Below are positions 1 to 11,657 of a DNA stretch of 64,000 nt, in pieces. The stretch spans positions 84,072,001-84,136,000 of the forward strand of contig OX597821.1 of NCBI GenBank assembly GCA_951406725.2, read 5' to 3'. The notes beneath the pieces were generated by a model. The model saw only the letters and a list, made by a program, of their open reading frames with translations. It searched no databases and was not told the origin of the DNA. Within the stretch, counting starts at the first letter, position 1. Each line of letters starts with the position of its first letter. The stretch is from Octopus vulgaris. Taxonomy: Eukaryota. A program made the position numbers and the translations under genes.

Positions 1-29
1 TAAGCTTACGACAATTGCTCTGTGTTGTT

Positions 30-193
30 ATGAATTTATAAAATAAATATATACAAATTATAAAAATAATATATATATATATATATATAAAATATATATA
101 TATATACAGTACATTACTTTTTCTACTTCGGGGATTTTCATCTATCACGTGGTGTTTTGGAACATAACACCCGCAATAGTCGAGGGAATACTG
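30..193 (-). mobile_element. End fragment of a pogo/Tigger-like DNA transposon
   Basis: Minus strand starts TA|CAGTATTCCCTCGACTATTGCGGGTGTTA. A homologous copy lies on the plus strand at 34091-34240, including the AT-rich extension. Confidence 0.55.
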
Positions 194-320
194 TATAAGA
201 CAGTTACTCCCGGAAATATTCATAATCCAGTGAAGCGAACCCAAGATTATTATAACTGAGTGCTTGTACGGTACCCGCCTGGATGATTTATCCCTATATA
301 CTCATCATATATATGTATAC

Positions 321-628
321 GGAGGCGCAATGGCCCAGTGGTTAGGGCAGCGGACTCGCGGTCGGAGGATCGCGGTTTCGATTCCCAGACCGGGCGTTGT
401 GACTGTTTATTGAGCGCAAACACCTAAAGCTCCACGAGGCTCCGGCAGGAGGTGGTGGCGATCCCTGCTGTACTCTTTCGCCACAACTTTCTCTCACTCT
501 TACTGTTGGCCTGCTCGCTTAGCCAGCGGGGTGGCGTCATTTGAAGGCTAAAACAATGCGAAGCGCATTGTGACCAGCGATGTGTAACAACATCTGATAG
601 CCTGGTCGGTCACGGTGATCACGGTGAT
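321..628 (+). mobile_element. tRNA-derived SINE (Octopus OR-like head)
   Basis: A-box TGGCCCAGTGGTTAG and B-box GTTTCGATTCC. Head shared with 21942; 3' tail repeated at 50335-50453. Confidence 0.85.
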
Positions 629-633
629 ATATG

Positions 634-668
<35 letters not shown>

Positions 669-1032
669 TGAGTATATAGATATGTTAGCTGGTACTTAGA
701 ATGAGTGCTCCTTGCAGCTTGAACTGCAAAAGGGAATGAGGTTTTGAAATTGCCTCCCAAAGGCAGTTAGAAGCTCTCTCTGAATAGATAAAATATGAAA
801 GACAGGCAAGCAAAGTTACGGTCGATGAGTAGAGCCTCTTACGACTGTCTCTGGAATAGCCGAGCAAGTGGATCACGCTAATGTGTAACGAATTCACGTA
901 ATCCAAGCAGCCCGTCATCGGAGAGATCGATGTAAAAACAGTAGATAAAGACATGTCCTTAATTGAGGACATTTTTAGTCATCAATTAGAATGAGGGGCA
1001 ACTATATTAGGTAACTCCATGATTAAAATATT

Positions 1033-1644
1033 CTTTTCTACTCTAGGCTCAAGGCCCGAAATTTATGGGGAGGGAGCCAGTCGATTAAGTCGACCCCAGT
1101 ACGCAACTGGTACTTAATTTATCGACCCCGAATGGATGAAAGGCAAAGTCGACCTGACGGAATTTGAACACAGAACGTAACGGTAGACGAAATACCGCTA
1201 AGCATTTGGCCCGGCGTGCTAACGTTTCTTATTTCTTTATTGCCCACAAGGGGCTAAACACAGAGGGGACAAACAAGGACAGACGAACGGATTAAGTCGA
1301 TTAGATAGACCCCAGTGCGTAACTGGTACTTAATTTATCGACCCCGAAAGGATGAAAGGCAAAGTCGACCTGGCGGAATTTGAACTCAGAACGTAGCGGC
1401 AGATGAAATACCTGTTTCTTTATTACCCACAAGGGGCTAAACACAGAGAGGACAAACAAGGACAGACAAACGGATTAAGTCGATTAGATAGACCCCAGTG
1501 CGTAACTGGTACTTAATTTATCGACCCCGAAAGGATGAAAGGCAAAGTCGACCTGACAGAATTTGAACTCAGAACGTAACGGCCGACGAAATACTGCTAA
1601 ACATTTCGCCCGGCGTGCTAACGTTTCTGCCAGCTCACCGCCTT
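1033..1644 (-). mobile_element. Trimeric tRNA-derived SINE (GCCTTTCATCCTTTCGGGGTCGATAAATTAAGTACCAG central domain)
   Basis: Three tandem units with B-box GAGTTCAAATTCC, flanked by a 17-bp direct repeat TCCAYGATTAAAATATT (1016-1032 and 1644-1660). Confidence 0.85.
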
Positions 1645-1705
1645 CCACGATTAAAATATTAATGAACTAATGAAGTCATAGAGTTAACAAAGTTGTGTAA
1701 AGTCT

Positions 1706-2126
1706 CTCTTTACTCTCTTTTACTCTTTTACTTGTTTCAGTCATTTGACTGCGGCCATGCTGGAGCACCACCTTTAATCGAGCAACTCGACCCCGGGACT
1801 TATTCTTTTGTAAGCCTAGTACTTATTCTATCGGTCTCTTTTGCCGAACCGCTAAGTAACGGGGACATAAACACACCAGCATCGGTTGTCAAGCAATGCT
1901 AGGAGGACAAACACAGACACACAAACATATACACACACACTTATATATATATACATATATACGACGGGCTTCTTTCAGTTTCCGTCAACCAAATCCACTC
2001 AGAAGGCTTTGGTCGGCCTGAGGCTATAGTAGAAGACACTTGCCCAAGGTGCCACGCAGTGGGACTGAACCCGGAACCATGTGGTTGGTAAACAAGCTAC
2101 TTACCACACAGCCACTCCTGCGCCTA
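1706..2126 (-). mobile_element. CORE-type SINE with internal microsatellite
   Basis: Head GGCGCAGGAGTGGCTGTGTGGTAAG, B-box GGTTCAGTCCC, CORE-like ACCTTGGGCAAGTGTCTT, tail (GTAAAAGA)n. More than 15 copies in the window. Confidence 0.9.
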
Positions 2127-2392
2127 TTGGTAGGCGTCTGTTGGTAGTTTGGTATAAATAGCAGGTACTAAGTTAAGGATAAACCATAGCAGAAGTATGT
2201 CAGTTAACAGATCCATTCTAAAATAGAAACAAGATTAAGTTGAACATTATATTCCAATATGAGGTAAAAACCGAGTAGAATCCATGTTGAGTTAAGAAAT
2301 ATATTGCAATGTGAGGTAAAGGTAAAGTAGAACTAATATAAAATTAGATATATACTAATCAATAGAGATGTCTGAACGTGAGGATGCGTGTC

Positions 2393-2462
<70 letters not shown>

Positions 2463-2464
<2 letters not shown>

Positions 2465-3160
2465 AGAGAAAAACCTCTATTAAACAATTCAATAATGAAA
2501 TATGTTATTCACACCATATAGAGAATATATACTATAATAACCTTATTCTAAAAATTTATAAAGTATAAAAACAATAAATAGTAAAAAGTAGTAAAATGAC
2601 TACGCGCGTTTTGTGGCTATATTTTCAAATAGATAATAATAATAATATCAATTCGATTTAAAATCAAATCTAAAATTAATTCTATTTTAAAATATAGTCG
2701 CTCATCAGGTCTATATGGCCGGGAAGGAAGGGCAGTGTTTATCTGTCTGGTAGCCTTAGCAAAAAAATGTTGTACAGTGGACAAAACTGAAAGTGCTGGG
2801 AACAGCTTCCTCTTTGGTCAAGCTGTCATTAATATTTTTCAAAATTCAATTGAAAAGTTAAGAGAGGTAAGCGCTGTCTTCTAGTAAATTCGTTGGAAGG
2901 TGGATGAGAGGGGCGAGCAATGGTTCGAATGAATGAGCCGACTCTGAACATTCGCCTGTAGATTAAAAGAGAACAACAGAGAGATGACGTGTGCCTTAGT
3001 TGTCAAGGTAACCTTGGCTTTGTGGCTGTTTCCGCAATTAGCACCCGGAAGTCTCTCTCGCTTTGGTGAAATAATTCCTTGACAAAATTCGTTGTTACTG
3101 TTATATTTCTCTTCACGCCGTTTCAAGTAATCCCACATTACGTCCTCTAACGACCTCGAC
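2463..3160 (-). mobile_element. Probable Penelope-like element 3' end/pseudo-LTR ending in (TA)n
   Basis: Contains a hammerhead-like motif (2598-2711). Its terminus TTAGAGAAAAACCTCTATTA resembles TTAGAGATAAAACCACTATTA near 34951, also next to (TA)n. Confidence 0.5.
2598..2711 (-). ncRNA. Degenerate type I hammerhead ribozyme with long helix II
   Basis: gac-CTGATGA-G[long stem]C-AAAA-CGCGCG-TA-gtc; GAAA is mutated to AAAA. Confidence 0.65.
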
Positions 3161-3194
3161 CATTTATTGTAAATCTGTAGAGATTGATAAAGAA

Positions 3195-3363
3195 ATCATC
3201 ATAATCATCATCATCATCACCACCACCACCACCACCATCATCGCCATCATCATCATCGTCGTCGCCACCACCACCACAACCGCCGCCACCACCACCACCA
3301 TCATCATCATCATCGTCATCATCATCGTCGTCATCGTCGTCGTCATCGTCATCATCATCATCG

Positions 3364-3396
<33 letters not shown>
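3195..3396. repeat. (CAT/CAC/CGT)n trinucleotide repeat
   Basis: Direct observation. Confidence 0.95.
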
Positions 3397-3399
3397 CTG

Positions 3400-3795
3400 C
3401 GTAATCGTTGACCTGTCGAACAAATGCTTTGCGGCAGCAGTTCGTCCGTCTTTACGTTCTGGGTTCAAATACCGCCGAGGTCGACTTCAACTTTCATCCT
3501 TTCGCGGTCGATGTAATCGACTATTCTCCTCCCCCGAATTTCAGGCCTTGTGCCTATAGTAGAAAGGATTATTATTATTAGTATTATTAGTATTATTATT
3601 ATTAGTAATAGCATTAGTATTATTTGAATTTTTATCATCAATAGTATTATTATTGAGTTCAAATTCCACCCAGCTCAACTTTAAACTTTCGTCCTTCCGG
3701 GGTCGATTAGGTAAGTACTAGTCAAGGAATGTGGTCGAGGCCATCGCCTTGCTCCCTCACCTGAACTTGCTGGCCCTGAGCCAAAATTTGAAACC
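3400..3795 (+). mobile_element. Two degenerate copies of the TTCATCCTTTCGGGGTCGAT-domain SINE
   Basis: Similar to the reverse complement of 1033-1644; copies separated by (ATT)n. Confidence 0.7.
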
Positions 3796-3801
3796 ACCAC
3801 C

Positions 3802-3863
<62 letters not shown>

Positions 3864-4118
3864 TACTGCTGCTGCTGCTGCTTGAGAGTGATCTATGACA
3901 TTTTCTTTTTTTCTCTCTTATTCAAGACATTAGTTGTGATTTGAGGGGGGGGGAATGGGAGCTGTTTCCAGCAGATCGAGATCAAGCAGCCACGTAGAGA
4001 CTTCTCTTCTTTGTTGTTTTATCATGTTCTATTTGATAAGCCAGTGGTGTGAGTGTCGGTTTCAATCCTTCGCTGGAACCGTTTCAAAGATCATTTTACT
4101 TATTAGTTTATATATTTA

Positions 4119-4283
4119 TAGGCGTAGGAGTGGCTGTGTGGTAAGTAGCTTACTTACGAACCACATGGTTCCTGGTTCGGCCCCACTGCGTTTCACCTTG
4201 GGCAAGTGTCTTCTAATATAGGCTCGGGCCGACCAAAGCTTTGTGAGTGGATTTGGTAGACGGAAACTGAAAGAAGCCCGTCG

Positions 4284-4328
<45 letters not shown>

Positions 4329-4627
4329 ATATATATATACATATATATATGTATATATATAAATATATATATATGTGTGTGTGTGTGTATGCATGTATGT
4401 ATGTATGTATGTATGTGTGTATATGTTTGTCACCCCCACCAACATCACTTGACAACCGATGCAGGTGTGTTTACGTCCCCGTAGCATAGCGGTTCGGCAA
4501 AAGAGACCGATAGAATAAGTATTAGGCTTACAAAGAATAAGTCCTGGGATTGATTTGCTCGACTTAAAGGCGGTGCTCCAGCATAGCCGCAGTCAAATGA
4601 CTGAAACAAGTAAAAGAGTAAAAGAGT
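4119..4627 (+). mobile_element. CORE-type SINE, full length
   Basis: Same head, core and tail as 1706-2126. Confidence 0.9.
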
Positions 4628-5619
4628 TGAACTATTTATTTATTTATCTATTTATTTATTTATTTATTTATTTATTTATTTCAAATCAGAATTTTGCGGT
4701 GCGCTTGACTATCAAGAGTGACACTTCATTTCAGATGTAACTTTAAAAACTTAGCGAAAAACTCATCATGTTTTACTGAGATTTTCCTCTAATCGACTTT
4801 TCTAGTCTTCGGAAATGTTTCACTTGTCAACTAATTTCATTCCTGCTTATTTGACGGATTGCAGATTTCAGCAGACAACAAGGTGGAGGTAAGAACCAGA
4901 TGGAGGGAAGGGTATGGGTATGACAAATGGGTGATGGGAAATTTGGGAGCAGGGGCCTGGTAGGGAAGGGAGTGTGAGACGGGGAATTTCTGGTGGGAGC
5001 CAGGTTGGTGGGGGGGAAGGGATTGGGAAAGGTTGGGGTAGGAAGTGATGGAAAATTACAGAAAGAAAAGAAGAGAAAGTAGAAAATAGAAAATATTAAA
5101 AAGTAAACAAGTATGTTTGTGTGTGTGTGTGAGTGTGTGTATGTGTGTATGTGTGTATGGTATAGTCTGGTGTGTGTTTGTGTGTGCGTATGTGTTTGTG
5201 TAGTAGCTGAAAATATAGTTAGGAAGAGATGTAAAAAAAAGATAGTCAATGAGTGTGGTGGGAGTGGGGGGAGGAACAGGATCAAAGCAGAGAGAGAGAG
5301 AGAGGGGGAGAGAAAGGTGGGGGAGAGAGAGTAAAAGTGACTAAAAGAGAAGTGAAACAGTAGCAAAGCGACAGAAATGTAGGAAGAAAAGGAAAGGAGA
5401 AAGAGAGAGGGTAATAGGAAAGAATAACGAGGCAGAAAGAAGTGTGTATGTATGTGTGGATGTGTGAGTGTATGTGTGTGTGTGTGTGTGTATGTGTGTG
5501 TGTGTCTCAAGGAAAGAGATAAGGTGATAGAGATAGACAGGTTGTTAGAAAGAGAGGAGGGAAGTAGGAAATGCCTAAAGATGACAGATAGATAAATGTT
5601 TATGCATATATACTTATGT

Positions 5620-5863
5620 GGAGGCGCGTGGCTTAGTGGTTAGGGTGTCAGCATCATGATCGTAAGATTGTGGTTTCGATTCCTGGACCGGGCGACGCGT
5701 TGTGTTCTTGAGTAAAACACTTCATTTCACGATGCTCCACTCAACTGGTAAAGATGAGTAACGCTGCGATGGACTGGCGTCCCGTCCAGCTGGGGAACAC
5801 ATACGCCATAGGAACCGGGAAACCGGGCCCATGAGCCTAGCTAGGCTTTAAAAGGGCACATTT
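5620..5863 (+). mobile_element. tRNA-derived SINE with V-like domain
   Basis: A/B boxes and CTGCGATGGACTGGCGTCCCGTCCAG. Related copies at 6353, 16874, 21942 and 22746. Confidence 0.85.
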
Positions 5864-5880
5864 ATTTTATTGATATATAC

Positions 5881-6034
5881 GGCTGTGTGGTAAGTAGCTT
5901 GTTTACCAACCACATGGTTCCGGGTTCAGTCCCACTGTGTGGCACCTTGCGCAAGTGTCTTCTACTATAGCCTCGGGCCGACCAAAGCCTTGTGAGTGGA
6001 TTTGGTAGACGGAAACTGAAAGAAGCCCGTCGTA

Positions 6035-6076
<42 letters not shown>

Positions 6077-6308
6077 TGGGTGTGTTTGTGTGTCTGTGTT
6101 TGTCCCCCTAGCATTGCTTGACAACCGATGCTGGTGTGTTTATGTCCCCGTTACTTAGTGGTTCGGCAAAAGAGACCGATAGAATAAGTACTGGGCTTAC
6201 AAAAGAATAAGTCCCGGGGTCGAGTTGCTCGATTAAAAAAAAAGGCGGTGCTCCAGCATGACCGCAGTGAAATGACTGAAACAAGTAAAAGAGTAAAAGA
6301 GTAAGAGT
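5881..6308 (+). mobile_element. CORE-type SINE
   Basis: Matches the family consensus; slightly 5'-truncated. Confidence 0.9.
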
Positions 6309-7091
6309 ATATATGTCCGTACTTATGTACACGCACGGGCATACACACATATGAAGTGGAATGACTCAGTGGTTAGCGTGTTGCATTCATGATCGTAAAA
6401 TTGTGGTTTCGATTCCTTGGTGCTTTGATGCATTTACGTTCTTGAGCAAAACACTTCATTTCTCGATGCTGCATACCACTCAGTTGGTAAAAAATGAGTA
6501 ATCATGTGACTGAGCAGCATCTCATTCAGGAAGGAATATGCCAGGAAAGCAGCCCTACGCTTCTTACTCAGTTATGTGGACTAACCACACTATATATATC
6601 GTTGCTTTTATGCAAAAGTGTCGTAAGTCTAAATCGTTGGGGGTTTTTTTTTTCAGCAAACGAAAAAAAAAATATTTTCACCATTCCATTTGTCTTTACA
6701 TTAGCAACAGTTTCAGCTTAACAATAATACTTTGTTGGGTGCATAAAATCGTAACTTCATGCATGTATGACATTTTCAGTCAGAAATATTTTTGCAAAAT
6801 TGTCGTATGTGGGACTTTATATACTTTTGAAAAACGCTGAACAGTTGTAATATATTTTCATAATTTTCCTCTGAAACAGCTGGAAGTAATAGTTTAACCA
6901 AAAAGAACCGGCTATAGCAAGCAAACTTAAATATTAAAAAAAAAAAAAAAGGCAAAACGCATTTGGCCAAATTTTGACAGTTTAACATAATAGCACTGAT
7001 ATATATATATAATTGTATGTGAAAGTAAGAACCAAGGATCAAGGTGTAGGAAGTTAGTAAGCTTCGAGCAGACCGTAGAAAGTACAGAAGG

Positions 7092-7162
<71 letters not shown>

Positions 7163-7166
7163 TATT

Positions 7167-7205
<39 letters not shown>

Positions 7206-7237
7206 GTACATATATATATGAATATATATATATATAC

Positions 7238-7420
7238 AACGGGAAGCTTTATGAAAATAAACAAAAGATGAAGGCAGGTGGAGTACAATCAAACAATTGT
7301 ATTAGTATGGCGCTCAGGAATATAAATAAAACAAGTCTTTTACGTTTCGAGCCTACGCTCTTCGACAGAAAGATACACAGAAAAGAAACAAGGAGAGAAA
7401 AAAAATGCGTGCAGAAGCAT
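7238..7420 (-). mobile_element. Penelope-like pseudo-LTR fragment in (TA)n with minimal hammerhead motif (7336-7373)
   Basis: Near-identical copy from 47431. Motif tcttt-CTGTCGA-A-GAGC-gtag-GCTC-GAAA-CG-TA-aaaga. Confidence 0.65.
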
Positions 7421-7421
7421 A

Positions 7422-7499
<78 letters not shown>

Positions 7500-7501
<2 letters not shown>

Positions 7502-7925
7502 GGGCATTACTATACATAAATGCCTCACGCTAGGAGGGACTCTTAAAGTCAAAACTACCATAACAAACACATTTGATGTTCGTCTGGTATGTTGACTTTT
7601 TTGTTCATGTTTATGTGTCTTGATTAAGTCTGCACTGACGATTAAAAAGTGCATTTTGTGCTCTAATCATGAAATCATATGATCTGCGGCTGAATCTATT
7701 AAAAAAAGGCTCGCTTCCAGAGTTGCATTCCCTTGCGTTCGGTACAATATGTTTATCATGGTAGTTTTGACTTTAAGAGTCCCTCCAAGCGTGAAGCATT
7801 TATGTATAGTAATGCTCTTTATATAAACAAATATATTTAAAAGAAATAATTAATAATTTTCCCTTATGTAGTTTTTCATGCTAACTACTTGATAAATTCT
7901 TATAAAGATTTTATCCTATTTTTAA
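7500..7925 (+). mobile_element. Inverted-repeat element (74-bp arms) enclosing a hammerhead ribozyme; Penelope-like
   Basis: Arms 7500-7573 and 7746-7819; (TA)n on both sides. Confidence 0.65.
7630..7689 (+). ncRNA. Type I hammerhead ribozyme motif with intact core
   Basis: ctgca-CTGACGA-[helix II AGTGCA/TGTGCT]-GAAA-tcatatga-TC-tgcgg; palindromic helix III. Confidence 0.75.
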
Positions 7926-7938
7926 ATATATATATATA

Positions 7939-7993
<55 letters not shown>

Positions 7994-8453
7994 TCATACA
8001 ACATGCACATAGAGAAAAGGTTAGACACGTGTTGGAAATATTGTTCTTCAACGTCTATTTCGAATCATAAAAATTTCCAAAGTGCATTATGAATAATATA
8101 TGAATATTAGAGAATAGATTCAAACAAAAGCAGAAAACTCACAAAAAGTGAAATGAAATACAATAATATAATATAATATGAAATAAAGCGTGTATGACAT
8201 TTACCCATTGGTCACATACGCAGAAATTTTTTCCTACCAATACATATATTTGGAGTGGTATCATCGGTTATCGTTGAAGAAAAATTTAGCATCTATGACA
8301 AAACGAGTCGGTTGGTGCGAAAGGAAATTATCTTTCGTTTGCTACCTGTCTGTCTGTCTGTCTTTTTCTCTCTCTGTCAGTCTGTTTGTGTCTGTCTGTG
8401 TGACTCTCTCATTTTCTCTCAACATACATACATACATACATACATACATACAT

Positions 8454-8506
<53 letters not shown>

Positions 8507-9126
8507 AGTCCTGGGATCGATTTGCTCGACTAAAGGCGGTGCTCCAGCATGACCACAGTCAAGTTACTGAAACAAGTAAAAGAGCAAAAGAGTAATATAT
8601 AAAATTTCTGCGTATGTGACAATAAGTAAAAAAAAAAAAACTCATGACTACAACTACTTTTCCCTCCAAGCTGTGCACTTGTGTGCGCGGACGTGTTTTA
8701 CGATGAGCGAACGAAGTAACAGGATGTGCGCATTGAAGTGTCGAAGATGAAAATTTATTGTATAATTTTGTATAATTTCATAACAAAATCTTAAATGATA
8801 CTCATTTAAAAATGGTATGTATGCTGTTTGGTTAAGCGTTCAATGTATCATTTGAGAGATGGTTATTTATAAGGATACGTACATGTTTTTCTAAGAAAGA
8901 CAAAATTTGCACCGAAACAGATTTCTGCGCACATCTACAGCAAGAAATTAGAGAAACATTACTGTCTACAAAGAAACGTGATAAATTAGCTATTAGGTTT
9001 GAATACATGTATAAACACGCGTTCACACACACACACACACGTGTGTGGGTGTGTGGGTGTGTGTGTGTGTGTATATATTTATATATATGCATACGTGTGT
9101 GTATGTACACACACACACACACATAT

Positions 9127-9213
<87 letters not shown>

Positions 9214-9215
9214 TG

Positions 9216-9249
<34 letters not shown>

Positions 9250-9316
9250 GACAGAGACACTCACGCATATAAATATGTTAAAGTGTGGTTGTATGGTTAT
9301 CATTATTATTGTTTCG

Positions 9317-9351
<35 letters not shown>

Positions 9352-9429
9352 CCCTCATCATGTCAAATTGACACAATAAACAACAGGAAAGACATTCATT
9401 CAATTGGAAGAAAATGCTAGCAATGGAGT

Positions 9430-9542
9430 AGAAGAAGAAGAAGAAGAAGAAGAAGAAGAAGAAGAAGAAGAAGAAGAAGAAGAAGAAGAAGAAGAAGAAG
9501 AAGAAGAAGAAGAAGAAGAAGAAGAAGAAGAAGAAGAAGAAG
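9430..9542. repeat. (AAG)n microsatellite
   Basis: Direct observation. Confidence 0.98.
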
Positions 9543-9690
9543 GTGGCCACAGATTAAAGATTCTGTGGTTCTTCATGTAAACGTAATCCCAAATGTTTGG
9601 CTACTAATTGGATTAGACATATCGCTTTTCAATGCTAGTTAAAGAATTAGAAATGGCGGTGTAATGATTTAAGTCTATTGTACGGCGTAT

Positions 9691-9803
9691 ACGGAGAGAC
9701 ACGAAGAGACACGAAGAGACTCGAAGAGACACGAAGAGACTCGAAGAGACTCGAAGAGACTCGAAGAGACTCGAAGAGACACGGAGAGACACGGAGAGAC
9801 ACG
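9691..9803. repeat. 10-bp tandem repeat (WCGRAGAGAC) x11
   Basis: Direct observation. Confidence 0.95.
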
Positions 9804-10669
9804 CTAAGCATTCTGTTTCAACTTAAAGACATCAATTTAATTAGTCATTAAATCTATGATTGTTGTTGTTGTTGCTGCTGCTGTTTTTGGAAAGTTGTGA
9901 ATAAAGAAGGTATTTCTAGGATGGAAAGAAGATGAGGGAGAGGGGAATGAGTGTTGAAATCGGTTTAAAACAGTAGGGGGAGGGTGGAGGAAGAACAGAT
10001 AAAGGAAGAAATTGAAAATATAGAACGAAGAGGAGGACGAGGAGAAGGGGGGACGAGGATGAAGACGAGAAGGAGAAGAAGGAGGAGGAGGAGGAGGAGA
10101 AAAAGAAAAGAAAAACAGAAGAAGAAGAAGAAGAAGAAGAAGAAGAAGAAGAAGAAGAAGAAGAAGAAGAAAAAGAAGAAAATGAAGACTACGAAAGAAA
10201 GAGAAAGAAAACAAAGAAAGAAGGAAAGAAAGAAAACAAAGAAAGAAGGAAAGAAAGAAAACAAAGAAAAGTCAAATCAAAAGCGAGGAAAAGTAAGAGG
10301 TGGAATGTGAGGAAGAAGGAGAGGAAGATGTGCAGAGGAAGAGGATGAGGGAGAGGAGAGTGGAATACGAAGAAACTTCGAGATATTGTAAACGTTGATT
10401 TTAAAGATTAAAAGACAAAGTTTGATTTCTTGAAAATAGTATGGTGTATTCTAGAAGCAATTATAGAATGTTTATCGGTGTAGCGTGTTGAGGGTGGAGG
10501 TGGGGTTTGGGTGGGGAAAGGGAATAAAATCTGCTACCCTTGTGAGAGAGGAATTGAAAACAAGTCGGATACGACTGTGGACTAATTGATAAGGCATTTT
10601 TACACACCGAAGCAGAACTGGTAAAGGATATTGAAGGAACGGAAGTGCTGTCAAATAGATTATATCCAC

Positions 10670-10980
10670 CAACCAGCCGACCAGCCAGCCAACAGAACAT
10701 CTAACCAGCCGACCCACCGATCAACCGACCAAAGAACGGAACCAGCCAGTCAGTCAGTCAGACGACCGACTTATTTATGAATCAGTCAGCCAACCAGCCA
10801 GCCAGCCAGTCAGCCAATCAAGCGACCGACCGAGCCACCAACCATCCAGCCGACCCACCGATTGATCTACCAAACAATCAACCAGCCAGTCGACCAACTT
10901 ACGACCAGCCGACTGACCAGCCAGCAAACCAGTCAACCAGCAGATCAATTAGGCAACCGACCGACCAAACAAACACCCAG
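10670..10980. repeat. Degenerate (CCAG/CCGA/CCAA)n tetranucleotide repeat
   Basis: Direct observation. Confidence 0.85.
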
Positions 10981-11220
10981 CCGGCGTTGTTGATCCCCGG
11001 ACCTTAACCCTACTCACCGCTATTTGAGCAGAGATTGCTATCTGTAAGTGCGAGCCCTGTGAGTCAGGGTGGCATTTCCAGTACATCCCCCTCATTATCC
11101 TCCTCAGCAAGGCCTTTTCCATTTTGTCTGCTGGTGCCATGAGAAATCTTTCTATATTGTGAAAGGCAAGATTCTCTATATTTGCTTATTATATTTACAT
11201 GAACTTCAGATATAATAACC

Positions 11221-11388
11221 GCAGAAGTGGCTGTGTGATAAGTACCTTGCTTACCAACCACATGGTTCCGGGTTCAGTCCCACTGCGTGGCACCTTGGGC
11301 AAGTATCTTCTACTATAGTCTCGGGCCGACCAAAGCCTTGTGAGTGGATTTGGTAGACGGAAACTCAAAGAAGCCCGTCGTATATATG

Positions 11389-11460
<72 letters not shown>

Positions 11461-11657
11461 TGTGTTTGCTCCCCTAGTATTACTTGACAACCGATGCTGG
11501 TGTGTTTATGTCCCCGTCATTTAGCTGTTCGGCAAAAGAGACCGATAGAATAAGTACTAGGCTTACAAAGAATAAGTCCCGGGGTCGATTTGCTCGACTA
11601 ACGGCGGTGCTCCAGCATGGCCGCAGTCCAATGACTGAAACAAGTAAAGAGAGAGAG
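11221..11657 (+). mobile_element. CORE-type SINE
   Basis: Matches the family consensus. Confidence 0.9.

Noticed and set aside
321-400. tRNA genes suggested by A/B boxes
   Set aside because: These are SINE heads fused to repeat bodies and lack a proper acceptor stem.
685-972. 95-aa minus-strand ORF in unique sequence
   Set aside because: No recognisable motif, and the length is within chance expectation.
9984-10310. Lys/Arg-rich histone- or protamine-like ORF
   Set aside because: Purine-rich (AAG/GGA)n low-complexity tract.
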